Numbered from the stretch's first letter, positions 31,098 through 40,662 are shown. The stretch is 64,000 nt of DNA from Desulfomonilia bacterium (GCA_050014195.1 JBEKDT010000001.1:256001-320000); one strand, 5' to 3'. Program-made: numbers and translations. The notes: generated from the sequence alone by a model not told the origin.

Positions 31098-32327
31098 CTA
31101 CTGCGCCATCGGATCTGCCTCATTCAGGGATACGATGATCTCCTGGTAGGCACTCAAAAGAACCGGTTGCTGATCCTCAGGGACCTCGTGCGATTGAAGG
31201 CAGCGTTTGAACACGTCGGTCACATCCAGGTTGTCAAGCGTTTCCTCCGTGTCCATGCCCTTCATAGACAATTCCAGTACCCGGTTGTTCTTAATGCGGA
31301 GGATCTCAAGGCCGGTATTTTCGATGGTCTCGTCCAACCGATCGCGCAGACTTCCTGCGATCTCATCACCTTCATAGACTATCTCCAGCCATGCACTGCT
31401 ACCTTCAGCCTTCAGGTCATTGATGGCACTTTCAATGATCTGCCAATCCCCCCGCAGGGTCTTCAGCATCTGGAACCTGGGGATGGGAACATTCGTGACA
31501 TTGGGTGCATTACCTGAAAACTCCACGAAGACTAAGCTCTTTTCCTGTTGCGCCTCTCCAAACCCGATGGGCAGGGGTGAACCTGAATAGCGTATGAAAT
31601 CAGATCCGCCCACCCTTTGTGGGACATGGAGATGCCCAAGGGCAAGGTAGTCGATGGATTCAGGGAATACATCCGATCTGACTTGGGCCAGGGAACCGAT
31701 ATAGAGTTCACGCACTCCATCACCGTCAACAGTCTGGCCGCCTGCGGCGAAAAGATGCCCCATGGCGACGATGGGTATGGGCTTCTCCATCTGTGACCTC
31801 TTCTGTTCGGCTGCTTCACACACCATACGGTAATGGGTTCTGATACCTTCTATGATCTTACGTTCCTTGTCCTCAACGCTCTCTCCGGCCTCAGCGGTGC
31901 GGATATCACGGTCCCGTAAATAAGGAATGGCGCAGACGATGAGCCGAGGCTCGTGATCTGGACCGGTCAGCACAATGAGTTCATTTGTGGGGGGGTCAGA
32001 TGCGCTTCCCACGACATGTACATTCAGAAACTTCAGGAGTTCCTTCGGGGCGTTTAAAAAAGAAGGCGAATCATGATTCCCTGCCGTCACAACTACATGG
32101 CGGTTTGAAGAGGCCGCTACACGGCACAGAAAACTGTAATAGAGTTCCTGAGCATAATTGCTGGGTGTACTGTTGTCGAATATATCTCCTGACACAAGAA
32201 GCACATCGATATCTTCGCGTTCAATAAGGTCTGCCAGCCAGTTCAGGAATGCCTCGAACTCTGCGTATCTCTTGCGTCCGTAAAGGGTGCGGCCAATATG
32301 CCAGTCGGAAGTGTGGAGAAGCTTCAT
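31098..32327 (-). CDS. sbcD: Exonuclease SbcCD subunit D (Mre11-like)
   Basis: HTSDWHIG, GDIFD, GNHD, MGHLF, ALGHLH, YSGSP. Confidence 0.95.
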   Translation of the reverse strand: MKLLHTSDWHIGRTLYGRKRYAEFEAFLNWLADLIEREDIDVLLVSGDIFDNSTPSNYAQELYYSFLCRVAASSNRHVVVTAGNHDSPSFLNAPKELLKFLNVHVVGSASDPPTNELIVLTGPDHEPRLIVCAIPYLRDRDIRTAEAGESVEDKERKIIEGIRTHYRMVCEAAEQKRSQMEKPIPIVAMGHLFAAGGQTVDGDGVRELYIGSLAQVRSDVFPESIDYLALGHLHVPQRVGGSDFIRYSGSPLPIGFGEAQQEKSLVFVEFSGNAPNVTNVPIPRFQMLKTLRGDWQIIESAINDLKAEGSSAWLEIVYEGDEIAGSLRDRLDETIENTGLEILRIKNNRVLELSMKGMDTEETLDNLDVTDVFKRCLQSHEVPEDQQPVLLSAYQEIIVSLNEADPMAQ

Positions 32328-32494
32328 CTCCTTCCTTTCTGTGGAGAAATATGATTTCTCAGCCTTTCATGTTTATGAAGGGTTGGAACCTTTCACAAAG
32401 GACAGAGAATATAGTATCTAATTGTTATCAAATGGACTTCCCTTAAAATCACCGTTAATACCTATTTATATTTTAGAGCTCCGTCCTACCTGAT

Positions 32495-33022
32495 TTAAGG
32501 AATTCTGCAAGTAAGGCCTGAGTTTGGTCCTCCAGGTATGCCAATCGCAGCCTCAATTGTTACAAAATCATTAGTACGTAGGATATCTAATAGAGTATTA
32601 GTAGACACCTGTGTTCCAATTTTCTGTTCAGACTCAGGCCGTGGGTTGTTTACTGCTTTGCCTCGATATACTATGAGAAAATCCTTGCCTTCCGCTTTAG
32701 CACGTAAACATAAGCCTCGGAGGTAATATCGATTAAATTCGCCCTCTGCCAACTGTTGCGCTGCATTGGGTTTATTAATATTTCGTGATCTTGTAATCCC
32801 ATTACGGGTATATTCTTCCTGTGACTTCATGTACCCACGTTTTAGAATTTCTTGTGCAATCCAGTCATCATTGTGACTCTTGATACCTTCTTCAAACAAA
32901 GATTGCCAACGTATCTGCCCATCTTCAGTTAATCGAGGACTAATATAATGATCACCTAACTGTGACTCTTCGAGCATGTACTCTCTTGTGATTTCATCAA
33001 GGTTCTCATAGTGAATACCCAT
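32495..33022 (-). CDS. Hypothetical protein (175 aa)
   Basis: ORF with RBS AGGAG; motif-like segments LAEGEFNRYYLRGLC and PGGPNSGLT; no family recognised. Confidence 0.75.
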   Translation of the reverse strand: MGIHYENLDEITREYMLEESQLGDHYISPRLTEDGQIRWQSLFEEGIKSHNDDWIAQEILKRGYMKSQEEYTRNGITRSRNINKPNAAQQLAEGEFNRYYLRGLCLRAKAEGKDFLIVYRGKAVNNPRPESEQKIGTQVSTNTLLDILRTNDFVTIEAAIGIPGGPNSGLTCRIP

Positions 33023-33094
33023 ACTCTTCTCCTTAAGAGAATAAATTTCCCAGTAGTTATTTTTTACTCACTGGAATATTCAGGCTAACTTTAA

Positions 33095-35719
33095 TCATGA
33101 TTCAGCGACTACAATAGCTTGTTTCCTGCCTTTTGCAACTTCTTTACTACGTTCTTCCACACGCAATCGCCAATTATCCAGCGTATTAATGTCTACCAGA
33201 AGTGTATCAGGATCAGGGACGGAGACACCGCCCATAAGTGCCTTATCATGGGTGTAATTCGAACACCTGCTCATGCCTTGGAATACTTGGGCATAGTCGG
33301 CATCATCGACCACCACTTCTTTAAGCCTCTGAGTCTCGATACCTTTACGAAAACGCAATACAACTCTTCGCAATAATACTTCCTCTACGGCCCTCTCCCA
33401 TGTATCACGCAACATGCGATAAGCATCCATGGTCTGCTTACGATATTCCGACTCGTCTCCATCTTTATATAACTTGGCGATCTTCTGATGCTGAGCTCTC
33501 AAGGATTTAATCCGAGATAAAGTATTCATTCCCTCGAAGGGAAGATCTGATTCTGCAACACCAAAGCCCTCCGGGCATCTGACTAGACTCTGCGTTGTGA
33601 TAGGCACTCCTGTTACTCCCGCTTCCTCGATCAGTATGCATAGGAAGTAGACATCGTGAGTTAATATAATGACCTGTCGCTTTGATGCCTCTTGAACCAA
33701 CCGTCTAGCTACACGCTCTCTGAACCGATGATCTAGTGAAGAGACTGGATCATCGAAAACTATACCACCTGATCCTCCATTAATTGCAACCTCAGCCAGA
33801 AAAGCTCCGATGGCTATGGCTCGCTGTTCACCTTCACTAAGTATATTGCCAGGACTATTAACCTGAGGAAGGCTTAGTTTGAGCTTATGCAATGGTTTGC
33901 CCTTTTCCACATTGCTCTGCAATGACACATTCAGATTACCAACGCCCAACTTCTTGAATTCTGCATTAAGTGTGTTTTCCAATTTTTCCGAAACCACTTT
34001 TTCTATCACTTCATTCGTTTTATCTGAGATGGGTTTAGTCTTCACAGCCGATAGACACTTCGTTAGTTTAGTTTGTCGGCTCATTTTATCAATTGCGGTT
34101 AAAACTGCTAATTTCATTTTTGAAAGTTTAATCCTTGCATCAAACTCATTGAATTGCGTTTGCAAAGCTGAACGTGTATCTTTGTCAGCAGCTTTTTCTA
34201 ATGTCTCTACTTCTTTATTGAGCTTGACTGACAAAGCTTTAAGCTTGTCCGCGGGACTCGCCGGTATAGCTGCTACATCTCCCCACTCATGGGATATGAA
34301 AGCAGCCTTCATCTTTGCATAGCGATCACCCATTGCCGTCTCGAAAGCCCGGATTCCCTGTGCAAGAGTTTTGTCATAGGTGGCAATCTCTACAAATGTT
34401 TCTTCATCGAGTCCTAGGGAAATGTCTAGCGCAACTAAGAGGTCATAGGCATCAATCAAGTTTTTACGTCGCGTTTGAACTGTTTTTTCGGTTTCCTGTT
34501 GCACGAACTCCTCGAACTGTTTGAGGCGCAAGGCTCCCTCATCAAGGTATTGCTGGCAAAGTGGACATTGTGCCCCTTTCTCTATATGAGGGAATGGTTT
34601 TCCTGGATATGCTTCTTTAGAGAACTTGCGAGCAGCTTCAAACAGTTCTCGCCATGCTTCACCGCCAGTTCCAGGAAGTAATTGGCTATCATCCTTAAAT
34701 TTACGGGCTGCAATAGTCGCAGCGGTTTGAGCTTCAAGAAATCTTTTATCAAGCATCTTGTATTCATTTAACTTAACCTGATCAATGAATTTAAGCTTGT
34801 CTATGACATTCTGAGCAATACGGGTAATACGCCGACTTCTAAGGGTCAACTGAGCTGCTTTCTCTTTAGGGCTGCTTTCTTTGAGGCTTCTTTCTAGTGC
34901 TTCATGTTGATTTATTTCTTCCGAAGTAAGGGTTGCTAATTTCTCAACCTGTTTCGGGTCAGTCTTAGCCGATAGCTTTTCAATGAGATTCCCCACAACA
35001 GTGGCCCCATGAAGGTCGGCAAAGGGACTTAGATCGGGAGCACACTGAGCATGTTCTTGGTCAATCTTAGTTTTAAGTTGGCGACAAATGTTCGCTAATC
35101 CTTCGAAGACATCAAGACCATAGGGCACATAGGCAAAGTCATTGTCGGAATCGAGATATGCCCTCGCACATCGATGGTCGAAAATAGCAATCGTCGAGAG
35201 AGATTCAGGGGCTACTCTTCCATTAACCCACCGTTCTTCCTTAGTTTCACCATTCACAATGATTTCAAAGGTAGCTTCTGCATTTCCTACTTGCGTAACA
35301 GGCAGATATGCGTTGGGGAGTATCGGCTCACTTTGGTCGCGAGCGCGGCATGCACGCTTCAAGACTCGAGAATATCCTGATTTACCTGTTGCGTTATCAC
35401 CATAGATTACTGTCAGTCCCTTCGGCGCGAAAGTAACTCTGTGGTTGCTAGCGATTGCATTCACATTCTGAAGGTTCTTGATACCGATAAGTTCAACATG
35501 CGTGTCAGACTTAACAGGTGCAGGTATCTGATCAGCGCTTAACTTATTAGGCTTGCGACCATTAGGGTCGGGAATGCCATGACTTGCCTTGAGTAAAGCA
35601 AACAGGTCTTCGATGTCCTCTGAGCCAAGATTTTGTTTTGTTAATAATCGCGTAATCGCATCACTCTGCCAGTCAGGCAAGCCTTGAGCCCAAAGCAATA
35701 TCTCTTGAAGAATGCTCAT
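33095..35719 (-). CDS. Rad50-like ABC ATPase with zinc hook and C-terminal HEPN-like domain (RloC-like)
   Basis: YGDNATGKSGY, CPLC hook in coiled coil, LSEGEQ, FDDPVSSLDH, LTHD, C-terminal RCSNYTH (R-x5-H). Confidence 0.75.
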   Translation of the reverse strand: MSILQEILLWAQGLPDWQSDAITRLLTKQNLGSEDIEDLFALLKASHGIPDPNGRKPNKLSADQIPAPVKSDTHVELIGIKNLQNVNAIASNHRVTFAPKGLTVIYGDNATGKSGYSRVLKRACRARDQSEPILPNAYLPVTQVGNAEATFEIIVNGETKEERWVNGRVAPESLSTIAIFDHRCARAYLDSDNDFAYVPYGLDVFEGLANICRQLKTKIDQEHAQCAPDLSPFADLHGATVVGNLIEKLSAKTDPKQVEKLATLTSEEINQHEALERSLKESSPKEKAAQLTLRSRRITRIAQNVIDKLKFIDQVKLNEYKMLDKRFLEAQTAATIAARKFKDDSQLLPGTGGEAWRELFEAARKFSKEAYPGKPFPHIEKGAQCPLCQQYLDEGALRLKQFEEFVQQETEKTVQTRRKNLIDAYDLLVALDISLGLDEETFVEIATYDKTLAQGIRAFETAMGDRYAKMKAAFISHEWGDVAAIPASPADKLKALSVKLNKEVETLEKAADKDTRSALQTQFNEFDARIKLSKMKLAVLTAIDKMSRQTKLTKCLSAVKTKPISDKTNEVIEKVVSEKLENTLNAEFKKLGVGNLNVSLQSNVEKGKPLHKLKLSLPQVNSPGNILSEGEQRAIAIGAFLAEVAINGGSGGIVFDDPVSSLDHRFRERVARRLVQEASKRQVIILTHDVYFLCILIEEAGVTGVPITTQSLVRCPEGFGVAESDLPFEGMNTLSRIKSLRAQHQKIAKLYKDGDESEYRKQTMDAYRMLRDTWERAVEEVLLRRVVLRFRKGIETQRLKEVVVDDADYAQVFQGMSRCSNYTHDKALMGGVSVPDPDTLLVDINTLDNWRLRVEERSKEVAKGRKQAIVVAES

Positions 35720-36373
35720 ATGTCTCCTTATCTTACTTTATAACCCTTTCAACAGTCGCTGGAACTCCTCCATTTATCGAGAATCTCCAGCCCTGTCTTC
35801 CTCAGGTCGTCCATTTCTTCTGACGGTTTCAGGCATAGAAGGATAAAACATCCATCATACTATCTTGAGAGCCCCCTTAAGCATTGTGTCTTCACTGATA
35901 TGAAATATTAATCTGTTGAATGATTCTTTATCGTAGGTGGACAGGATGTACCCATAGACATTTCATAAGTATAATATGCTTATATTTTATTTTTATGTTG
36001 AGAATTAGTCAAGGAAATTAAAAATATAAACTATGCCGAAATGAAATTATTTCGTATAGCGAGTTGAGTCTGATTTTCACCCATCTCGACCCCCTTTAAA
36101 GTATCACTTATAGCACATATCGCTATACGAAAGAGTCATCTTGTATAGACATCTATCAGGTATTACTAATGATTTTCCTGATGTCTTGGTGAGTTAAGCC
36201 TTTCTTAAATAAATCTTGTCACAAAACCTTCAATATAGGCAAAACGTTGTGCATAGCATATGATGATCACATTTTTCAAATGCCCAAAATGATAAAGTCC
36301 GTGCCAATATCGATACTCTCGATATAAGGTAAAAAAGTATACCTATCCTAAGAGAATACAAACTTAATGGAAT

Positions 36374-36404
36374 AAAAAAGGCAGGGTTTTTGGCCCCGCC
36401 TTTT
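36374..36404 (-). terminator. Rho-independent terminator, possibly bidirectional
   Basis: Minus strand GGCGGGG-CCAAAAA-CCCTGCC followed by T6, about 60 bp after the stop at 36461. Confidence 0.75.
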
Positions 36405-36460
36405 ATGTTTGGTTCGACCCTGCCTCGTCTGCACAAAATAACCGTGAGAATAAGTACATG

Positions 36461-37450
36461 TCATTCAGGGTCAGTTTCCAATGACTCAAGTTCATGAAAT
36501 GTTATAGACATGGTCGCCTCTTCCGTGATCAAATTTGCGAATAGCATGCAGTTGTGAATGATCGTTTCAAACCCAAGCTGCTTCAAACCATTGCCAATAT
36601 CTGGATAATTCCTATATAAGCGTTTATTATATTTTGGCTCAAAAAGATTGATTAGATAGGCCTCACAGTCATTAACAGCGAACGACTCCAACTCATTAAA
36701 AGGTGTCTCCTTTATTGCTTGCTGAAATTGCTCTTGGGTTAGGATGTTTCCATCAAAGTCCACAATCTCCTCGGAGCCATCATTTTCGATAGGGAAGAGT
36801 TCCTTTGTACCATCCAGCCTCAAGAATATTAGTGAAAGTTCATAAGGACTAAATTCACCTTCAATAAAGGGATGTTCAACCGCAAGCACTTTAGAAAGCT
36901 TTTCATGGCCGGTAAGCCTGTCCCAAATATATTGATTTTTAGCTTGACCGATATAATGGACAAAATAGGTAAGAAATTCCTCTATATTTCCTATAATCTC
37001 TATCTGAAACCCCCAATTTTTAAATAGATAATCATAAATGAGTCGTTCCGGAGAAAGCCAAGCAATGAATTTTCTATCTCTATTAAAAAATTTTATGCCA
37101 GCTGCATTCATGAATGGATGCTGTGTCTGCTGTTCCTTTTTAAAGAAGTTCATTTCTGCCATGAACCTGTTATCGGGGAAATCTGGATCATCTTTCATGG
37201 GGGCTAGTTTAACCGACAACTCTCCCTCTTTATTCCTCTGCTTGATCTTAAGATGAATTATTCCTGTTTCTTCATGCGGCACTATCTCATCAAAAAAGAG
37301 CACTGGTCTTTGGCAAATGATATAAATAGAGGAATTTTTCCAATATTCTAGGACTTCTTTTTCTTCTTTAAACTGTTCAAATTCATACACCGACATAGCC
37401 GGGTATGACATAACAAATTTTGTCTGAATATTCTTCTTCAGCAAGCGCAT
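36461..37450 (-). CDS. Hypothetical protein with divergent GIY-YIG-like nuclease domain
   Basis: HYIGQA...DRLTGHE...CEAYLINLFEPKYN; start moved to 37450 because the upstream part is an IS remnant. Confidence 0.6.
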   Translation of the reverse strand: MRLLKKNIQTKFVMSYPAMSVYEFEQFKEEKEVLEYWKNSSIYIICQRPVLFFDEIVPHEETGIIHLKIKQRNKEGELSVKLAPMKDDPDFPDNRFMAEMNFFKKEQQTQHPFMNAAGIKFFNRDRKFIAWLSPERLIYDYLFKNWGFQIEIIGNIEEFLTYFVHYIGQAKNQYIWDRLTGHEKLSKVLAVEHPFIEGEFSPYELSLIFLRLDGTKELFPIENDGSEEIVDFDGNILTQEQFQQAIKETPFNELESFAVNDCEAYLINLFEPKYNKRLYRNYPDIGNGLKQLGFETIIHNCMLFANLITEEATMSITFHELESLETDPE

Positions 37451-37506
37451 TGGGCACACTCTTCGAAGGCAACATCCAAATTCCTTAACAACTACTCCAC
37501 GCCTGT

Positions 37507-37635
37507 CCGCACTTTCTGGTCCATGATGGTAACTCCTTCCCAGCCCATAGACACTTCCTCCTGTCTCTATGAAACTATGCATAAGTGTTACCCATATACC
37601 CAGAATATTTTGTTACCTATCTCCCCGTTCGATCA
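37507..37635 (-). pseudogene. IS481-family left-end remnant with 14 transposase codons
   Basis: Two TGTTACCYAT subterminal repeats (37586, 37611), RBS AGGAGG, ATG 37548 giving MGWEGVTIMDQKVR, resembling IS481 transposase N-termini. Confidence 0.62.
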
Positions 37636-37659
37636 AAAAACATACTGTTCTAAGTTTTA

Positions 37660-38808
37660 TCACCTCGATCTAGACCTGTTTAGTTTGCTTTTAAGTGCAG
37701 TCTCTTCGGGTGGGAAGATCTGATGGAAGCCATCGTGAATATTCCGACCCATTGTTGTGATTAACCGTGTGATCTTATGAGCACTCTCAGTAGTTTCGTG
37801 TAGCATCTGCTTTGGCCTTACAGAGTTATCTCTGCTTTCTTTGATATACTTATCGTCGGCCTCTCCTCCGTTGTGTTCATAAACGTGGCGTCGGAAGAAC
37901 ATTAGGCACGCGAACTGGATGTCATCTTCTTTCATACCTTTAAAGATGTGTATGTCAAAGACTTCTCGAAGTGAATCAGCACAAGGTTTCAGATTATGAA
38001 AAAGCTTCTTTTGCCACTCTTTTTGCCGTGTTGGCGTCATGGGTACTCTAATTGCTAATTGCTTGACGATTTGCCGGGCAAAACTGTCGAAAGACGAGAC
38101 TGCATCTTTTACGCAAGCTTCGAAGTTCTCTGCTTCGGTAATTCGTTCCTGTATGATTCTCATGTCGTGTTCTAGTTCAAACACCCCATTGTGAGTACCA
38201 CAGTTTGAGCAATACCCATATCTCCCAAGGATATCGTTATAATCACCGCATGCTGGGCACTCGAATTTGTTTTGTTGAGTCTCCTCAGTGTAGTAGAACT
38301 TGGGTTTCACTCCGTCTTTTTCAACCGAATCTGTAACTGCGTCCATATTTATAATGTGTTCACCATCTTTTAAAGAGTTGATGGCATCGCGAAAAAACTT
38401 ACAGCATGCATCTACGTAGCGTCTCTGGCCAGGAGTCAGGAACTCATGCGTCTCTGTGCGAAGTCCACAATAGGGACATGTCAACAGCCATCGAGAAGGA
38501 GCAGACTTAGATCGCCAGTACCCATTACACTTCATGCATTGATGTCCGTACAACCCATGGCTATCAGAACCGATTAGGACCAAGAAGTAGGTCAAGGTCG
38601 GGGGTGGATCTGTCTGGAGTCCTATCCCACCTAAAGCGACCGTAGCCATAGGTATACCTTCCGGCAGTGCATAAATAGCAAACCATGCAGAAGGAGTGGG
38701 GCGAGAGCTTCTAACCCCGAATTGTACAGTTCGCTGCCCGTCTTCACAAGTTTCAACATGGATGCTAACTTGCCCACCACAGTGGGCAATCTCTTTGAAC
38801 TCTTCCAT
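37660..38808 (-). CDS. Zinc-ribbon protein with C-terminal HEPN-like domain
   Basis: CMKC, CPYC, CPAC, CSNC pairs; RRHVYEHNGG (R-x4-H); likely start ATG 38808. Confidence 0.65.
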   Translation of the reverse strand: MEEFKEIAHCGGQVSIHVETCEDGQRTVQFGVRSSRPTPSAWFAIYALPEGIPMATVALGGIGLQTDPPPTLTYFLVLIGSDSHGLYGHQCMKCNGYWRSKSAPSRWLLTCPYCGLRTETHEFLTPGQRRYVDACCKFFRDAINSLKDGEHIINMDAVTDSVEKDGVKPKFYYTEETQQNKFECPACGDYNDILGRYGYCSNCGTHNGVFELEHDMRIIQERITEAENFEACVKDAVSSFDSFARQIVKQLAIRVPMTPTRQKEWQKKLFHNLKPCADSLREVFDIHIFKGMKEDDIQFACLMFFRRHVYEHNGGEADDKYIKESRDNSVRPKQMLHETTESAHKITRLITTMGRNIHDGFHQIFPPEETALKSKLNRSRSR

Positions 38809-38933
38809 TTGCCCCAACATTCTATAGGCCCCTTGGACTTGCATCTGCGCTATTCTGCGCTCTAGCGGTGGGCATCATCGTCGTGATTCCGCGCGGGAAC
38901 CGTTGCTAGGCCATAATCTCAGCGCAATGGCTT

Positions 38934-39791
38934 CTACCTGTACAACTCCTCTAATATTCGTAATGTCCCAAAAATGGTGTCGGTGACAACCTTATGGTCA
39001 AACTGCTTCTCGGCATCCTTTGAATGCAGAACGTCATTCGCAGTCTTCCGTATCCCATGAGCGATATCAAGGCTGCCCTTTGACAATATCTTTTCCCACT
39101 TCGCCATATTGATGTATCGGTTCAGGTTGTCTTCCCTCGCCACGTTAATACTAGTGAACTTAGGTTCTTTATCCTTAAATGCACCTCTTGCCTTGAGTTT
39201 TCGATATAGCGCCATTTCCAACAAGGCGCGACATAAAGCTACACTTGCTCTGTATTGTCCAAAGGCATATGTTTCCTTGAGTTCTTCAAAGTATGACAGG
39301 AGGTAAGATGGAACTTTGAAAGACGAAATAATCGGGCCGATCTTTATTTTGGCAAAGTAATATCCAGTGACATCGAACCATGAATGAAAATCCGAAAATA
39401 AATCATCGAACTTGTCAGATAGGATATCACGGATTGACATTGCTATCTCATCAGTTCGATTCTTCGCTTTGGTGTTGAGCATTTTCCCGACATTCTCATA
39501 AAATGCGATTGAATAAAACTTGTCGTCTCTCCTGATAGAGTCGAGCAGCCGTAGTGCCTGTCTATCCTGAATTCTGAGTTCGGTCACATCCTTAAAGTCC
39601 TCAAGTATTTCGTTTTTTGCGGTGAAGGCCTCCACTGCTGTCTTCATCATTTCGCCAAGAAACGCTGATAGTTCCTCGGGACTCTGAGGTTTACTAGTCT
39701 CGTAGGTGAACTTCAGGAACTCCTTTTCAAGCCTTTCAAATTTGCGCACATTCTTGAGAACTCGCTGTTCGGTTGCTGTCATCTGGTCCAT
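38934..39791 (-). CDS. DUF4145-like HEPN domain protein
   Basis: YRASVALCRALLE...LNRYI...IRKTANDVLH; RBS GGAAGG. Confidence 0.65.
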   Translation of the reverse strand: MDQMTATEQRVLKNVRKFERLEKEFLKFTYETSKPQSPEELSAFLGEMMKTAVEAFTAKNEILEDFKDVTELRIQDRQALRLLDSIRRDDKFYSIAFYENVGKMLNTKAKNRTDEIAMSIRDILSDKFDDLFSDFHSWFDVTGYYFAKIKIGPIISSFKVPSYLLSYFEELKETYAFGQYRASVALCRALLEMALYRKLKARGAFKDKEPKFTSINVAREDNLNRYINMAKWEKILSKGSLDIAHGIRKTANDVLHSKDAEKQFDHKVVTDTIFGTLRILEELYR

Positions 39792-40019
39792 TTCCTTCCG
39801 AGGACTAACAATAATTATGTTTCACTTTGGTTTCGCATAACTATTCGGAGAATAATTGCAGTATATCCAGATATTGAGAATATGACAATATCCTTAATTA
39901 ATTATCAAATTGAAGATCTTATGCCACATGTAATGGTATGGAATGAATCATCCATGGCATAGATTTCGTACCAGGAGTAACGGTTTGGCCTTATTGAATA
40001 TATCTTTTGATAATCATCA

Positions 40020-40104
40020 GTGCGCCGGGAGACCGTCAAGGAGTAAAGGGTGAAAGTCCCATACAGTAAAGTAAAGGAATAGCACCATGCTGACCCCGAG
40101 TCAA
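40020..40104 (+). ncRNA. 5' fragment of a bacterial group II intron
   Basis: Starts GTGCG (GUGYG consensus), then GGGTGAAAGTCCC hairpin and GACCCCGAGTCA; no RT ORF or domain V follows. Confidence 0.55.
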
Positions 40105-40149
40105 GCTGCATCTAGTAACTTGGCATATTGTGCTTAGGTCTACTTTCCC

Positions 40150-40614
40150 TTATTTGATTTCCTTATACCATCGAACACATGCCTTTTGATGCATCAGCCA
40201 CAATAGATTATTTCGCACATCATCTTCTTCTTCTATAACCACCACTTTGATAAGTGCCCGGTAACCCTTTGGGCTAGGGTATTGTAATAGATATTGTATT
40301 GCCACATAAACATATCGTGCATCACTTAGTTTCGAAACATATCGCGTCGTGTCCTTCGTAATTTTTGCAATGCTTATATCGTTGTCACGCTTGAGCCGAA
40401 TAGTAGTCGATGTCACCCAGTTCAGAAAAAAGTTTTTAACCATCCTGTATATTTTTTTAAAAACATATTCCAATTGTTCTAAGATAACCTTTCTCCACAC
40501 CACAATTATAATTAGTGCAATAAGAGAAATAATAAGAAGAATTGCTTGGTGCTCAAGTGATAGATACATAAATTTCCAAACCCATCCTAATACCTCTTCA
40601 ACATCTTTCTTCAA
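40150..40614 (-). CDS. Hypothetical single-pass membrane protein
   Basis: Hydrophobic AILLIISLIALIIIVVW segment; last gene after kinase and receiver; start uncertain. Confidence 0.6.
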   Translation of the reverse strand: MKKDVEEVLGWVWKFMYLSLEHQAILLIISLIALIIIVVWRKVILEQLEYVFKKIYRMVKNFFLNWVTSTTIRLKRDNDISIAKITKDTTRYVSKLSDARYVYVAIQYLLQYPSPKGYRALIKVVVIEEEDDVRNNLLWLMHQKACVRWYKEIK

Positions 40615-40662
40615 ATGATTCTCTCACTCATGAATCCATAGGCTTCCTAGATAAGACGCAAC

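Noticed and set aside
35750-35860. Short minus-strand frame containing TGLEIL, also present in SbcD
   Set aside because: Six-residue match with no start codon context or further similarity; likely chance.
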